From the human T2T-CHM13v2.0 reference genome, Homo sapiens, in NCBI RefSeq assembly GCF_009914755.1, contig NC_060934.1: a stretch of DNA of 64,000 nt, one strand, 5' to 3'. Position numbers and translations under genes: made by a program. Below are positions 14,549 to 31,511 of the stretch, one piece after another. How positions within the stretch are numbered: the stretch's first letter is position 1; each line of letters starts with the position of its first letter. The notes under the pieces are model-generated. The model did not search any database. It worked only from the letters and a program-made list of their open reading frames with translations, and was not told where the DNA came from.

Positions 14549-14823
14549 AGGCCAGGCATAGTGGCTTATGCATGTAATCCCAGCTCTTTGGGAGGCCAAG
14601 GCGGGTCTAAGAGTTGGAGACCAGCCTGGGCAACATGGCAAGAAGCCATCTCTACAAAAAATATAAAAATAAGCTGGGCATGGTGGTATGCACTTCTAGT
14701 AGTCCCAGCTACTTAGGAGGCTGAGGTGGGAGGATTGCTTGAGCCCAGGAAGTCGAGGCCACAAAAGCTGAGATTGTGCCACCGCACTCCTGCCTGGATG
14801 ACAGAGACCCTGTCTCAAAAAAA
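14549..14823 (+). mobile_element. AluJ-like
   Basis: ggaggattgcttgagcccagg. Confidence 0.88.
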
Positions 14824-14829
14824 TTATTA

Positions 14830-16140
14830 TGGATTCATTTGAGAATTAGTTTTTCACATTGTGATGCTTCCTCTCTACACAGTTAGGAATGTATCACCTA
14901 AGAAGTTGATTCTATATAGCCACAATGTAATTAGCTTAGGAAATTTAACATTAATATAATACTATTAAAAAACATATAATCCATAACCAAGCATCTCGTT
15001 GTTCGAGCAGTGTCCTAATTGATAGCCAGTTTAAGAAGAAATTGATGTAGAAGTCAAGTATCAAACGTTGCATTTAGTTGTTGTCTCTTTAGTCTCCTTT
15101 AATCTAAAATAGTCCCAGCACTTTGGGAAGCCAAGGTGGGTGGATCACTTGAGGTCAGGAGTTCGAGACCAGCCTGGCCAATATGGTGAAATCCAATCAC
15201 TACTAAAAATACAAAAACTAGCCGAGTGACGTGGCTCGTGCCTGTAATCCCAGCTACTTGGGAGGTTCAGGCAGGAGAATCACTTGAACCCAGGAGGCAG
15301 GGGTTTCAGGGAGCCGAGATCACACCCAGCCTGGGTGACACAGCGAGACTCAGTCTCAAAAAATAAAACAGTTACCAGGATTTTCTACCTTTCATGACAT
15401 TGACATTTTCTTGAGTTCAGACTAGTTGTTTTGCAGTGTTGCTCAGCTGGGATTTGTCTGATTTGTTTCCTCCTGAAAAGATTCATGTTAAGCATATTTG
15501 ATGGAAATACCACGTAGATGATGTCTTGTTCTCAGTGCATTGTATCAAGGGACATATGATATTAGTTTATCCCATCATCCGTGATACTAAATTTGATCCC
15601 TTGGTTAAGGTGTCGTCTACCAGATCTACTGTGAAGCTTTCATTTCCCTGTGAGATATTACTTGAGGCTTTGAAATTTCTGTTCCCCAATAGTCTTTCAT
15701 GCAGTGTGTTTAATATATCCATTGATGATCTTTGCCTGAATCTGTTGTAACTTTGGTGGTAATAATGTGATGATTTTCTGTTTCTATCAATGCTTCCATA
15801 TTTATTTCTTGGCATGCTTTGGTTATGAAGAACTTCATCTGTCCATCCAAACATCCATCCATTCACTAATCTCTCCAGTATCGAGTAGACTCAAGTTTAT
15901 TTTTTTAAGTTCACTGTGTTACGTAATTCCTGTTATTATTCATCTTAATGCTCAGATTGTCCCACATTTGGCCAATGGGAGTCCTTCAACTTGGCACTTG
16001 TGCCCTTTTGAAATTTTTCAACAGTTTATAAAAATTTCCTTAATTTCTAGTAAAACAGATGCTGTAGGCTTATCTTGTCTTCTTTTCTGCCCCAGACCTT
16101 GAATCAGCTCATTTTCTAACACTGGTTTCTTTTAGTGGAG
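14830..16140 (-). mobile_element. Old L1ME/MC-type 3' region interrupted by an Alu
   Basis: ttgcatttagttgt..gtctctttagtctcctttaatct; tgctcagattgtcccacatttggccaatggga. A similar fragment lies at about 8170-8700. Confidence 0.6.
15112..15365 (+). mobile_element. 5'-truncated AluS
   Basis: Starts at tcccagcactttggg. Confidence 0.88.
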
Positions 16141-16499
16141 GTAGCATATCTACTTGGAGTGTGTCTCTGTCCTAGAATGGACCCTTCAGCAGTTTGAGAG
16201 ATCATACCAGTCCTTCTTACTGTGTACCCCATGCGCTTACCTGTTACTGGCCAGTGCAGAACTCTTCCTGGTTTCAGCTGCGTTTCTCAAATTGGCTCTC
16301 AGTGCTTTCCAGTAAGTACTGTTGACTAAATATTTAGTGCTTTTCTTGTCACTTCCTTCTTCCTCATGAATGCTGTTACCATGTGGGCCTTGTAACTCTT
16401 TTCCTTACCTCCTTGTATTTTGGGGTTGATGGTGATGCTTTTACACTTGGTTTTGTTGTGTTATTCCATGAGTTTTTAGTTTTATTATCTATTTGCTTT

Positions 16500-17885
<1,386 letters not shown>

Positions 17886-17919
17886 CTTTTTTTTTTAAAC
17901 CCTGAGTGTCAGGTGTGAG

Positions 17920-20253
17920 GTAGTAGAAGAAAGGTAGTGTTGTTGACAGCTTGTGAGTACTTAACTAATTCTTGTTGCATTCACTATAATATGGTAGTTG
18001 TGTATACATTTATAGGCAATTAGGAATAGGGAACAGAATCAGCAGATACTAACGGAGTTAGAGATGTTTGCTGAAGTCATGGAAAGCCATCATTACTTTT
18101 TTCTTCCTTCCTCATAAGGCCTTAGTGGGTGTGGCGTTCAGTTTCAGTAAGAACTCTGTAGCAAGCTAATAGCTCCTTTTCAAAAAGGATGCACTTAATA
18201 GCCATGTCATTGGGGCATCAAGTCCAAATCTCCAGTGGGTGCCTGTGGGTGGAGGCTTTTTTGCCAGAGGATTCAGTTGGCAAAATCATAATTCATAGAA
18301 ACATGTAGCTTAAAAGCATAATGAGGCCTGTGGGGTTCCAAAGGTAGACAATGTGCTTCAGCTTCCTACCTAGCTTCCAACACAGTGTGTGGGTTTTGGG
18401 CTACTCTCATAGGATGCATATTTACAGGATAGCTGACATTTAAAGGAAAAGCAGAACGTTGAAGTGAGTGTCATAGAGCCCCTGTTATTTAAAGAGTTCA
18501 GTAAGGTGTTCAGCCTGTTTTTCGATGGTGGGATTCTGAAGAGACCCCACCATCCTTGACTGCCAGAGGAATCTGGCGTTGTGAATCTGTTCCTATACTT
18601 TCCAGAAACTTGTTGAGCAGGTCTTTGAAATTTATTGGAGTTTCCACCAACTGTGCTGACAGAGGAGATAACATTACAGAGCTATTGAGACTGAGGCTTC
18701 TAATTTACCAGCTAATAGTGAGAGCTTTGAAAATCACAGGGTAGAGGTACTGAGTCCTGACATACCTATTTGTGGCAAGTGGCAAGGGAGTTTAGGTCAC
18801 CCCTCTGGGAAAGCACTTCAGACATATTGGAGGGCTTTGACACATGGATGTAAACTGATCTTGATCCTTAGGTATGAGTGTTATGGCAAAGAGGCATTAG
18901 AAATGTCCAGAACAACCTACCAAGTACCATCAGTGTGTAGTGGATTTAGTCTGTAACAGCTGGGGCTATAAGAGCAATAACTAAACTCACTTGGCGCTAA
19001 TTCACTGTTAGCTTCCTGCTCTTACTAGCCTTTTTTCACTGGCCTTGCAGGGCTTTTGTGTTGAGATATTGCATCTCTTCCTACCCCTGGTACCTTTGAG
19101 TCCTTTATCGAAGCTGTGGCTTCCCTTTGTCCTTCTGGAATCCTATGCTGTTTCTGTTGGACCACCCAGGAAAGAGACATGGTTTGGAGAGTGATTTACA
19201 TGTCTCATTAGCATTTCTACGTGCTGCTCTTCTTGGTGGGGAGAATACCTTTTGCACTTATGGATGGGTAAAGATAAGCATATAATACAGGGGATGGCAA
19301 ACTTTTCCTCTAAAGGACCAGATAGTAAATATTTTGGGCTTTGTGGACCGCATTTAGTCTCTATCATATATTCTTCTTTTTGGTGGGGGGAGGGGGGCGG
19401 GGGCACTAAGGAATATTTTAAAGATGCAACATTACTCTTAGCTTAGGTATCATAATTTGCTGACTTCTGATATAACATATCATTTCCTCTTATACCTTCA
19501 GATGTCCAGGCAGTAGTGAACATACAGTTTAATTCCCCAAAGACCCCACCTACAAAGTCATGTTAGCTTCCTTACCCCCTGAGAATCCTGCCCACTGAAT
19601 CCTGGGATCTTTTCCTTTCATGGGTCCAGGTGGGATAGTGATCTGGGTGCCTGTATCCAACAGAGTCTTAAAAACTTGTGTTTTCTGGCTGAGCACGGTG
19701 GCTTATGCCTGTAATCCCAACATTTTGAGAGGCTGAGGTGGGAGGACTGCTTGAGCCCAGGAGCGTGAGACCCCATCACTATTTAAAAAAATAAATCGTG
19801 TCTTTTCCTCTCCTCAAATTCCATAGCATACTTGGATGACTACATGTGGCCATTGAGGCCTCTTGGGGATAGGGAGTGCACATCCCCATCTCTAATTATT
19901 TTTCTTCTTAAAGCACTGAGGTCACCTAATTGTTACAGTGGGGTAGAAATGAAGCTGACTGCCAGATTGGTGAGGAAGTCCTCTCCACCTAACCAGAGTA
20001 GGCTAGCTGCCAGCACAGCATCCTTGGGCAGCTCTGTTTAAACATAGTTTCTGGTGCTTAGCCTACAGCCACCTCTTCAGTTTCTCCTCATTATTCAGGC
20101 AATAAAATGAAGACCCATTAACTGCCTAGTTGACCGTACAATTTTTCATTTTTCGACTTTCCTCAGATCCCATTAATTGGCCTGTGAGGCCTTTAATTTT
20201 CCTCTTCTAAATAGCCATACCCCTAACAGCATTATATTCTCTCATCACCAAAC
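17920..20253 (-). mobile_element. Degraded ERVL-class internal region (gag-pro-pol remnants)
   Basis: Minus strand 19645-19672 encodes FKTLLDTGT (aspartyl-protease DTG motif); about 18128-18237 encodes ..FEKELLACYRVLTETERH (ERVL pol-like); PBS-like TGGTG next to the LTR end at about 20250. Interrupted by MER58 and FLAM. Confidence 0.7.
19288..19470. mobile_element. MER58A-like hAT MITE
   Basis: caggggatggcaaactt..ccagatagtaaatattttgggctttg. Confidence 0.7.
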
Positions 20254-20274
20254 TGTCAAGAACTATGAAAGAGG

Positions 20275-21526
20275 TGGAATAGAAAAAACAAACAGTTTCT
20301 CCTGCTGTAATCTCACAATACAGAATGCTTCTGTGACCCATAAATGTATGGGGATTTCTCCCCACCAAGCAAGCTGTCAGTTTTGCAGCAGACATCATCT
20401 GCGTTTGGACACTATCCACCTGGAGATGGCATCAGATTACACAGGTTGGGAACTCAGTCCCACAGGACTGAGCCTCACTTTTGATGCTGATTCTAAGCCC
20501 CAGGTGCTTCTGTTCAACTGACTGTGACTTGGGGTTCCCACAGCCCCCTCCTTGGGTTGGATTAGTTTGCTAGAGTGGCTCACAGAACTGAGGGAAACCC
20601 TTACTTATGTTTATTGGTTTATTATGAAGGATATTACGAAGTATACAGATGAAGAGATGAATAGTGTGAAGTATGTCACTGGGTAGGGAGGCAGAGCTTC
20701 CCCATCCTCTTGGGCCTTTGTTATACCGAGTTCACTGGACAGGCATGACTGAAGCATGGACACCTGTGTAGAAATGTGATTGGACAAAGGTATGATCGAA
20801 CACTAATAGACTGAGTAGGGAAACCCAAGCAGGCCTGTATGTTCACACGCTTCTTGGCCTCTCTGTGCAGCATTATTTTCTTCTGGGTATTGGGGCAGAA
20901 CCCCTTCTGAAATGGGGGTTTTATGACCCACAATCAGACAAGGTAGGTCAGAGAATTTCTTTATGTCCAGCTCCATGATAGAAAAGTAGGGGAAGTTTAG
21001 AGCATATTTTTAGTTTTCATGGCCTGTCTTGGGGAGAAAAAGGAGGGCAGGAAAGGTCCGAAAGAGAGAGATTCTGTTTTCTGAGGCCTAAAGCACCCCA
21101 TTATAACAAAGGACTGTCATTTCACCTTTGTTACTCTGCCGCTGTTCTGAAGCTGCATCAGGAACCAAGGACAAAAGGCCAAATACTTTAACAAAAGATA
21201 CGCCTGTTTTTTTAGTTACTTAAAAAATGGCAAGGACTTTGGGAGTTTTGACCCAGGGACTGTGGACAAAACCAATATATGTATACATATATATTATATA
21301 TAATATCAAATATTATTATATAATATTTATATATTATATTATATTATATATTATATATTATGTAATATAAATATTTGTATTACATAATATATATTATATT
21401 GTATTATATATAATATATATTATATAATATATATGTATACATATATTGGTGTATATATTACATAAAATATATATACACACACATATATGTGTGTGTGTAT
21501 ATATATGTATATATCATAATATCACA
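20275..21526 (-). mobile_element. MER21-family LTR containing an expanded AT-rich tract
   Basis: Recognised MER21 motifs (gcttctgtgacc..atggggatttctccccacc; ggggttcccacagccccctcc); TG...CA ends with 4-bp TSD gagg/gaag. Confidence 0.75.
21271..21520. repeat. AT-rich (TA)n-like low-complexity tract with palindromic organisation
   Basis: Direct reading; 21271-21300 is the exact reverse complement of 21421-21450. Confidence 0.95.
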
Positions 21527-23195
21527 GAAGTCTATCATTTGATCTTACTTGTAAAGTAGCTAATTAAGAGATGCAACTTCTGGGTCAAGAGATAGACAAC
21601 TTATTACTTAGAGCAATAGCTGTAACCAGAGTATCAGTAATTTTTGGTCATTTCCCAAGCCCAGTTCCCATAGGGCACTGCAAAGAAGGCCAGATAAAAT
21701 CTGTTTGTGCTGTGTGTTGCATTACAGGAGAGGAGCCCTGAGCTTAGGGCACCTGAATCTTCTGTAATAGACAGTAAGCATAGCTGACCTTTGCTTTCTG
21801 TCTTCTGAGGCTATTCACTATATGAGCAACCTTGAAAAGATAATCCAGAATAATGGGTTGCCATTGCCTAACTCAAAAGACATGCAGAAATAAGAGAGAC
21901 TTGTGTAGCATGGTTTCCTGACACATGAATAGTTCTCAAATTATGATTGACTTTACACAATGTTTTTGATTCACAGCTAAGTCCAAAAGAGGTGTCCTTG
22001 ATTGACAAACAAATTCTTCCAAGTTGTGAATCAGGGGCTTAGGTTTCTTCCATCTTGTGACTGCCTTCTTTAAAATGCTGCCTCTATGGCTTTAATGCTT
22101 ATTTTTGTTATCCATGTAAAAGGAATCAGTGTGGATACTAGAAATTTGGGGCTATTAAGGACCAGGCCTAGAGGTGACACACATCATTTTCATTCAGACT
22201 ACGTTGATTGGAACCCAGTGCACTGGCTGCATGTAACTGCAAAGGATGCTGGGAAATGTCTAGTTACCTGCCAAATAAAAAGAAATGAGTTTGGCGAATA
22301 GGCTGTCTCTACCTCATTTTAGCCCATTCTTGTTAATTTGTATGTAATTACAGAGAATGACAGAAGACAGAGCATTTAAAAAATGAAAGTTAAAAAACAA
22401 AATCCCACTCCATATCTCCCATTGAGAAATAGCCATCACTTACTACTAAGTAAATATCACAGATTTTTTCTATGCATAGAGACATAGATACATACATAAA
22501 AAGGATAATTAGAGAAAAATTATTAAATTGAGTGAAACCTACTGATGTTTTAAACACCAAAGGCAGATTTATTTGGCTGTATAGATGGAAAAGAAAGAGA
22601 CCCTGTCTGTATAGAAGAACAACAGCAACAAAACATAGCTGAATGTGTGGTGCGTGCCTATAGTCACAGCTACTCCGGAGGCTGAGGTGGGAGGATGCCT
22701 TGAGCCTGGAGTTTGAGGCTGCAGTGAGCTATGATCATACCACTGCACTCCAGCCTGGGTGGCAGAATGAGACCAAAAAAACTTTTTTCCCCCCTTACCA
22801 CAAGAAATATTATTTCCTCAAAGATACCTTTAAGTTTAATAATAGAAATTACAAAAGCAAACAAGACGTTGAAGAGGTAAGACTGTCTTTCTAGTTGGGG
22901 TGCTTTTAGCTCTAAGTGATGGAATACTCAAATCAGAGTGGCTGAAGCAATTGGAAATTTATTACTTCATGTAAGATCAGATGCTAGGCTTTTCTAAGAT
23001 TGGTTAATTTAACAGTAGCCAATTCAGCTGTGGCAGAGCATTGTTGACTTTCATGTGATTTTTTTGGCTTTTGCAGTCATGGTTGCCAGGACACTGCAGT
23101 TGTTCTGAGGATCATGGTCTAACACTTGAGCATCTAAAGGCAGGAAGGGAATACCTCTTAAGAATGAGGAGAACAGCTAGAAAATTTCAATTTCT

Positions 23196-23819
<624 letters not shown>

Positions 23820-24104
23820 CTATTTTATTATCCTGATTGAAACCTATTCCAGGCCTAAAGCAGTCAGTGGCTAAAGAGAATCAATTTCTCTTAATTACCT
23901 TGGACTCATCCATGTTCACCTCTGGGCTGGGGAATAGATACACTTTTATGAGGACATGAGAAGGTGATCATGAATTTTCTTAAGAAATCAGGACTTTGTC
24001 AGCAAGAAAGATGTTTATGTCTAGTCACTATTTGGCAGACTTATGTTTTGTTTTAATTACATGTGTCAGATTTTATATTGAGCTCCTACAGTGAAGGCTG
24101 CTAG

Positions 24105-24608
<504 letters not shown>

Positions 24609-25779
24609 TAAGTTCATTGTTCCTCTTAAATTGGCTGAATTTTATTCACTTTTTTCAATAATAAGTTCTTAGGACTTGTGTTCTCTGATTTCTTTCATAA
24701 TGGAGAACATTTCCTTTTGCCTTAATTTTTGAACTGTATCTTGGCTGTATATAATATTGTTGGGTCACACTTTATTTCTTCTAAAAACTTAATGGTCCTG
24801 GAATATTGCTGTGGAGATGACTAACGACACCTCCCTCTCCCTGTATTCTGCTAAGTTTAACTACAGTAAGTCTTGGTGCTACACAGTCTGTAACAGAATT
24901 GTTCAGAATTTTTTTTTTCCATTTTCATTTTGTGGAATTTTATGTTTGAATATACCTTCTGTTCCCCATTCATTGAATTCTCTGCTTCAGGGATACACGT
25001 TATCTTATGTTTGATTATCTCTGTTTTTTATACCTGTCAGATGTGGTCTGCCTGCTTTAGTATCTTTTTTAAAATTTGCATTACTGTGATTATTTCAAGC
25101 CTTTCTTTTAACACTTTAACAATTCTTGGCAATGTGTATTTTCCTTGCTGTTTCTATTTTGTTTACTAATTCTGTAATGATACCGTTTTAGTCTTAACCT
25201 TATTACTTTGGTTATCTCCCTTCTTACCTTTTCCTATTTTATCATCTCATTCTTGAGCTTTGTTTGAACTCATGTTATATTTTTTATTTGGCATGGGGAC
25301 AGTTTTGAGAAATATTTTCATACTCAGTTATGTATGCTTCTAGGTTGTGATATTTGGCTATCTCATGCACATTAGACTCTGTATTATTTTTTGCCTGTAG
25401 TTTCTTTGCCATACAGTTTTTAAAATGTTGTTTATGCTTGGGAGGCTCACTTTTGACACTTATTCCATTATAATTTACGTAATTTTTTGAATATTTTCTC
25501 GTTTTTGAGACGATGGTTTAAGGGCTATGTATTTTGCATTTTTCTGAAGCCTGTGGGAATGAGGGGTGCAGTATAGAAGCTTGGGAGGAGGGGCGCAGTA
25601 TAAGAGCTTGGCTTAGGGCAGTATGCACTTTTTGGTAGAACTCCAGGCTGGGCTCTCCTTTTTAACACAGTGCATTATTAAATGTCTTGCACCAGGTTCT
25701 ATATATCTCAAGTGTTTGGGTGTATTTTAGTCTTATGGGGAATACCCTAGGATTCTATTTTATTTTTTATTTTAATTGT

Positions 25780-26058
25780 AATTTTTTGAGACACGGTCTC
25801 ACTCTGTCCCCCAAGCTGGAGTGCAGTGGCATGATCATGGCTCACTGCAGCCTCCACCTCTTGGGTCCTCCGCCTCAACCTCCCAGTAGCTAAGACTACA
25901 AATTTGCACCACCACACCCAACTCATTTTTTTGCTTTTTGTGGAGATGGGTTGTCATTGTGTTGCCCAGGCTGATGTCCAACTCCTGGCCTCAAGTGATT
26001 CTCTCACCTAGGCCTCCCAAAGCACTAGAATTACAGGGGAGAGCCACTGCACCGGGCC
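25780..26058 (-). mobile_element. AluJ-like
   Basis: Alu consensus; ccctaggatt occurs on both sides. Confidence 0.85.
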
Positions 26059-27050
26059 CCCTAGGATTTTATGTAGTTAGTTCTTAGCCTTGATTCTTTA
26101 CTTCCAGTTAGCACCTCTTCACTTTTCTTCCTCTCGCCTTCAGTTTTTCCTGTTTCTTCCCTGAAGCTAGTACTACTCTTTAGGCAGAAAAAGTAGTTTA
26201 GTAGGTAGGAACATATAAAATCACCTCTCTTCAGATTTGGGACTTTCGGTTATATTCTCAGAATTTTTGGGAATTAAGGGGTAGGATTAAGAGCTGAATC
26301 CTGTAGCTCAGTCTAGGGCAATTTCTACTATAGAATCTAGTTTACTCCTTGACAGTTTTTGTTTAATGCATGAATATCTGCCCCTGCTTCCCATTTTGGT
26401 TGCTTTTGGGGATCATTTGGTTGGTTGTTTTTTAACTGGTTTCTGTTCATTTGTTTTCTACATTGGGAAAATCTGTGATGTGATTTCAGCTTTCTCTTAA
26501 GCATTTTAAGATCCATGTTTACTTAAAATTTGTTTGCTTTATATTTGTAATGATATTTTGTGTTATTTGAATATAGGCACTCTTACTAGAAATTTGTTCT
26601 ATTTCAGTGTAAAGAATTGAGTCATATTAAAATAACTCACATGTTCTTTTTCTTTCTTATGTTATGCCTAAATATTAATTTCTAGTATTGGGCTTTCTGA
26701 TGAACTTGTCTTGATGATTAGTGATAATGAAATTCTTTCTTATATGTTAGCAAATCTTTTTAATAATTTACTCTAGAGTTTTCCTGAGAGGTAACTTCAA
26801 GCTCAGTATTGCATTCTTTGTAAAATTCACTTTCTGATTTGTCCCAGACATTTCTGTCTATGGTTCACAGATTACATACGTACTCTTCAAAACTCTGAAT
26901 TCCTCTTGGCCTTAAGATATGAACTTACAAGTATTATCTTCACTGCTCCTTTAAATAGTCCTATACCTGTTCTAGTTTGAAAACTGAAACATTGGACCTG
27001 TCTCTTGGTTGTTTGTCTTGCACTAAACTTAAGTTAAAAACTCCTGCATA

Positions 27051-27357
27051 GGCTGGGTGTGGTGGCTCACACCTGTAATCCCAGCACTTTGGGAGGCCGA
27101 GGCAGGCAGATCACTTGAGGCCCGGAGTTCGAGACCAGCCTGGCCAACATGATGAAATCCCGTCTCTACTAAAAATACAAAAGTTAGCCAGACATGGTGG
27201 TACACACCTGTAATCCCAGCTACGTGGATGGCTGTAGGCATGATAATTGCTTGAACCTGGGAGGCGGAGGTTGCAGGGAGTTGAGATCACACCACCGCAC
27301 TACAGCCTGGCAACAGAGTGAGACTGTATCCCAAAAAAGAAAACAAAAACAAAAAAA
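27051..27357 (+). mobile_element. AluS
   Basis: Alu consensus with A-rich tail. Confidence 0.9.
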
Positions 27358-27953
27358 CCCCTCTCCTGTATAACTGTCTTTAGCTTCTTTACGGGGAAAG
27401 CAGTTCATTCTGGAACTAAACCCAGTTTAACATTTAGGTTCATTACGGAGAGCAAATGATGCTGCATTGATTTCCTTGAAACTATTTGGTAATGTTATTA
27501 TTATAAACGTTTCTCTCCCTTTTGTTTCTGTCCTTTCTTTCTTTTTTTCCCCTTGCTCTTGATTTTCATCATGGGTGCCTTACCTACTTTCTTTAAATTT
27601 TGAAAACTTTTTTTTTTTAGGTTTTGGTTATGTTTTTTTGGGGGGGTAGATAAGAGTCTACCTTGTGCTTGTTTAAGCCATACCTTTCTGTAAAAAAAAT
27701 AAACAGAATTTTTCTCACACGGCTATTTTAAGGATTGAGATATCATGTGTATTCATAAAATATAAACTTTTACAGTTCTGATTTTGTATTGCTAATTATA
27801 CATACTGATTCAACTGAGAGTGACGTTGGCTGTCTTGACCTAACAAGCAGTGAAGATAATACTTGTAAGTTCATATCTTCAGGCCAAGGGGAATTCACAG
27901 TTCTGAAGAGTACATATGTAATCTGTGAACTACACACAAAGCTCATCTGTTAA

Positions 27954-28283
<330 letters not shown>

Positions 28284-29807
28284 ATCTGTGACTTATTTTA
28301 ATGGCCATTATATGCTTGCATAATGATTTTTTTTCAAGCACACCTCTGTTGTTGAACAAGTTGTTTACATTTTTCTCCCCATTGCAAATAGAAGTATGAT
28401 AAACTGTATTTAAATCTTTGTACACCTTGTTAGATGTGAAATTACTAGGTCACATGGTATGAGTATTTTTATAGTTTCTAACTCTTGTTTTAAAAATTGT
28501 CAGCTTGGCTCAGTAGTGTGTGCCAATAGTCCCAGATATTTGGGAGGCTAAGGCAGAAGGATCCTTTGAGCCCAGGACTTCAAGGCCAGCCTGGGGAAAA
28601 TAGCAAGACCCAGTCTCTTTAAGAACAAAAATAAGTGTTCTTTATATGTTTACATTTTCTCTAGTAATGTATGCAAGTGCTCATTTCCCTAGGCAGTTAT
28701 TAGATCTTGTCATTAAAAACAAAACCCAACAACTTTGGTCACTATATAGGAGAAAAATACTACCTTTAGTTGTTTTAATACTTGGGTTGCATGTTTCTGT
28801 TGCTGTTTACTGGCTCTTTTTTTTTGCGGGGGGCGGGGGGATTGCCCAGTCATGTCCAATGGCGTATGTATTTTCTTATTTATTAAAAAATTTAAACAGA
28901 ATTAAAATACAGAATTTTTAATTTTACCGTCTTCCCAGTTTGGTTTTTGTTTTTTAATGATTTGTTTTTTAATTTGCATAGCTAAGTCTGTGTTTTCCCT
29001 TTCTGTTTTTTTTATTTTTTGGGGGGGAGGTTAGAAAAGTCTTTCCTTCCTTAAAGTCAGATACTTTAAAAATACTTTCTAGCTGACTTTGATGTTATTT
29101 TAATTTTTACTTAACCCTTTAACCCATCTGGATTTTGTTTTATTTTGTCTAAGATATTTTCCCCTAAATTATTAACCAGTTCTAGTACCATTATTAAGTA
29201 ATTTTAGTCTTTGCCTTCTGATTTGGAACCTCCTCTTTATCATATACTAAATTTTCATATATAATTGACTCTTTTCCTGGGTTTTCCCTTTCTTAATCTG
29301 TTTAAATCAACATATGTTTTTAGTGACAGTCATTAGACTTCTTTGATTCACATTTGATAGGCTGTTCATATGGATATAAGCCATGCACAGTGTGTTCCAG
29401 TGAACACTTGTAATGCTCATTGCAGGATACATTTCTTGATGTATCACAGAGGACCAGAGTTCTTTATTGTTCCATGATTTGCTTTGTATGATTTTTTTAC
29501 ATCTCTATATTGTATGTTTTCACACATGTACATGTGTATTTTTTGCCTTTTACTCTCATTTGTTTTGCAAGTTGTTAGGGTTTGTTTGTTTACTTTTTTG
29601 TTATTCAGGATCATTCACCATTAAATTATCTCAGCTCTTATAACCTTGAAGAACAAAGCCCAGAATGGGAAGTAGAATATATAGAGTAAAGGAGGATAGA
29701 AAGGCTTCTTAATTATCTTTGTAGGGAGAAAAACATTGATATAACACTTAAAGACCAGGATCATTTCAACTTCATAGACTAGAGTGTATAAATTTGTTAT
29801 TTTGGTG

Positions 29808-30172
29808 TGTGTAGTTGCCCATTTTCATACTGCTATGAAGAAATACACGAGACTGGGTAATTTTATAGAAAAAGAGGTTTAATGGTCTCACAGTTGCACA
29901 TGGCTGGGGAGGCCTCACAATTATGGCAGAAGGCGAAGGAGGAGTAAAGGCAAGTCTTACGTGGCGGCAGGCAGGAGACAATGTGCAGGGGAACTGCCCT
30001 TTATAAAACCATCAGCTCTCATGAGATTTATTCACTATCATGAGAACAGCACAGGAAAAACCCACCCCTATGATTCAATTACCTCCTACCAGGTCCCTCC
30101 CATGACACGTGGGGATTATGGGATCCACAATTCAAGATGAGATTTGGGTGAAGACACAGCCAAACCATATCA
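29808..30172 (-). mobile_element. THE1-type MaLR solo LTR
   Basis: gagactgggtaatt..ggggaggcctcacaattatggcagaaggcgaagg..caaaccatatca. Confidence 0.85.
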
Positions 30173-30224
30173 ATGTATTAACTTACAAAAATCCTAATAT
30201 TGTTATTTTAGTTTTTTTAAATAA

Positions 30225-30532
<308 letters not shown>

Positions 30533-30554
30533 TAGCTCCCATGACCCAATCGTG

Positions 30555-31075
30555 TATTCTAGTCTGGTTTCAGTTACACTGTTGCTTTAAACCACTCCAC
30601 GACTTTTAGTGGCTTATTAAGCGGTGGGCTCAGCAGGGATGATTTATCTTTCTTCCATGTGGTATCTGTCGGGTTTACTCATGAGGATTCATTAAGCTGG
30701 TGGCTAGCTGGGTGTTCAGTGTTGGTCTTATTCACATGTCTGGCGCCAGGCGCTGCTGGCTATAGGCTAGAGTACCTCAGTTCACCCTGTGATGTCATTC
30801 TCCATTTGGCCTCTCTATGAGTAGAGTGTGGAATGATTCTTTACATGGTGGCTGATAACTGAGGTGGCAGAGGTGGAAGCCATGAAGACTTCTTAAACCT
30901 CCAGGTTCTTGAGCTTATACACCATCACTTCTGCCACATCCTGTTGAGTAACACAAGTCATAAGGTTAACCCAGGTTCAAGGGAGTGGAGAAGAGGATGT
31001 CTTAGGATGAGAAGAGCAGTGATAACCCGTTGCAGAGAATATGGCATGATTCTTTGGGGAGTCATTATCTGCCAC
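30555..31075 (-). mobile_element. MLT1-family LTR (old)
   Basis: catcacttctgccacatcctgttg..caagtcataagg..ccaggttcaaggga motifs. Confidence 0.55.
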
Positions 31076-31149
31076 AATCAAAATAACTTTAGGATAAAAA
31101 TGTTTCCTAAAAAGTCTGAATTAGAAGCATCATTGGGTGGGAAGATAGC

Positions 31150-31511
<362 letters not shown>

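Larger units (their letters stand above)
20254..21925 (-). mobile_element. ERVL-type LTR (MER54/MER74-like), 5' LTR of the adjacent provirus, split by a MER21 insertion
   Basis: Pieces 20254-20274 (tgtcaagaactatgaaag) and 21527-21925 resemble the reverse complement of the LTR at 11559-11946. Confidence 0.6.

Noticed and set aside
27776-27864. Possible 89-nt cryptic exon (ttttacag| ... |gtaagt)
   Set aside because: Short pyrimidine tract and no other support; compatible with chance.
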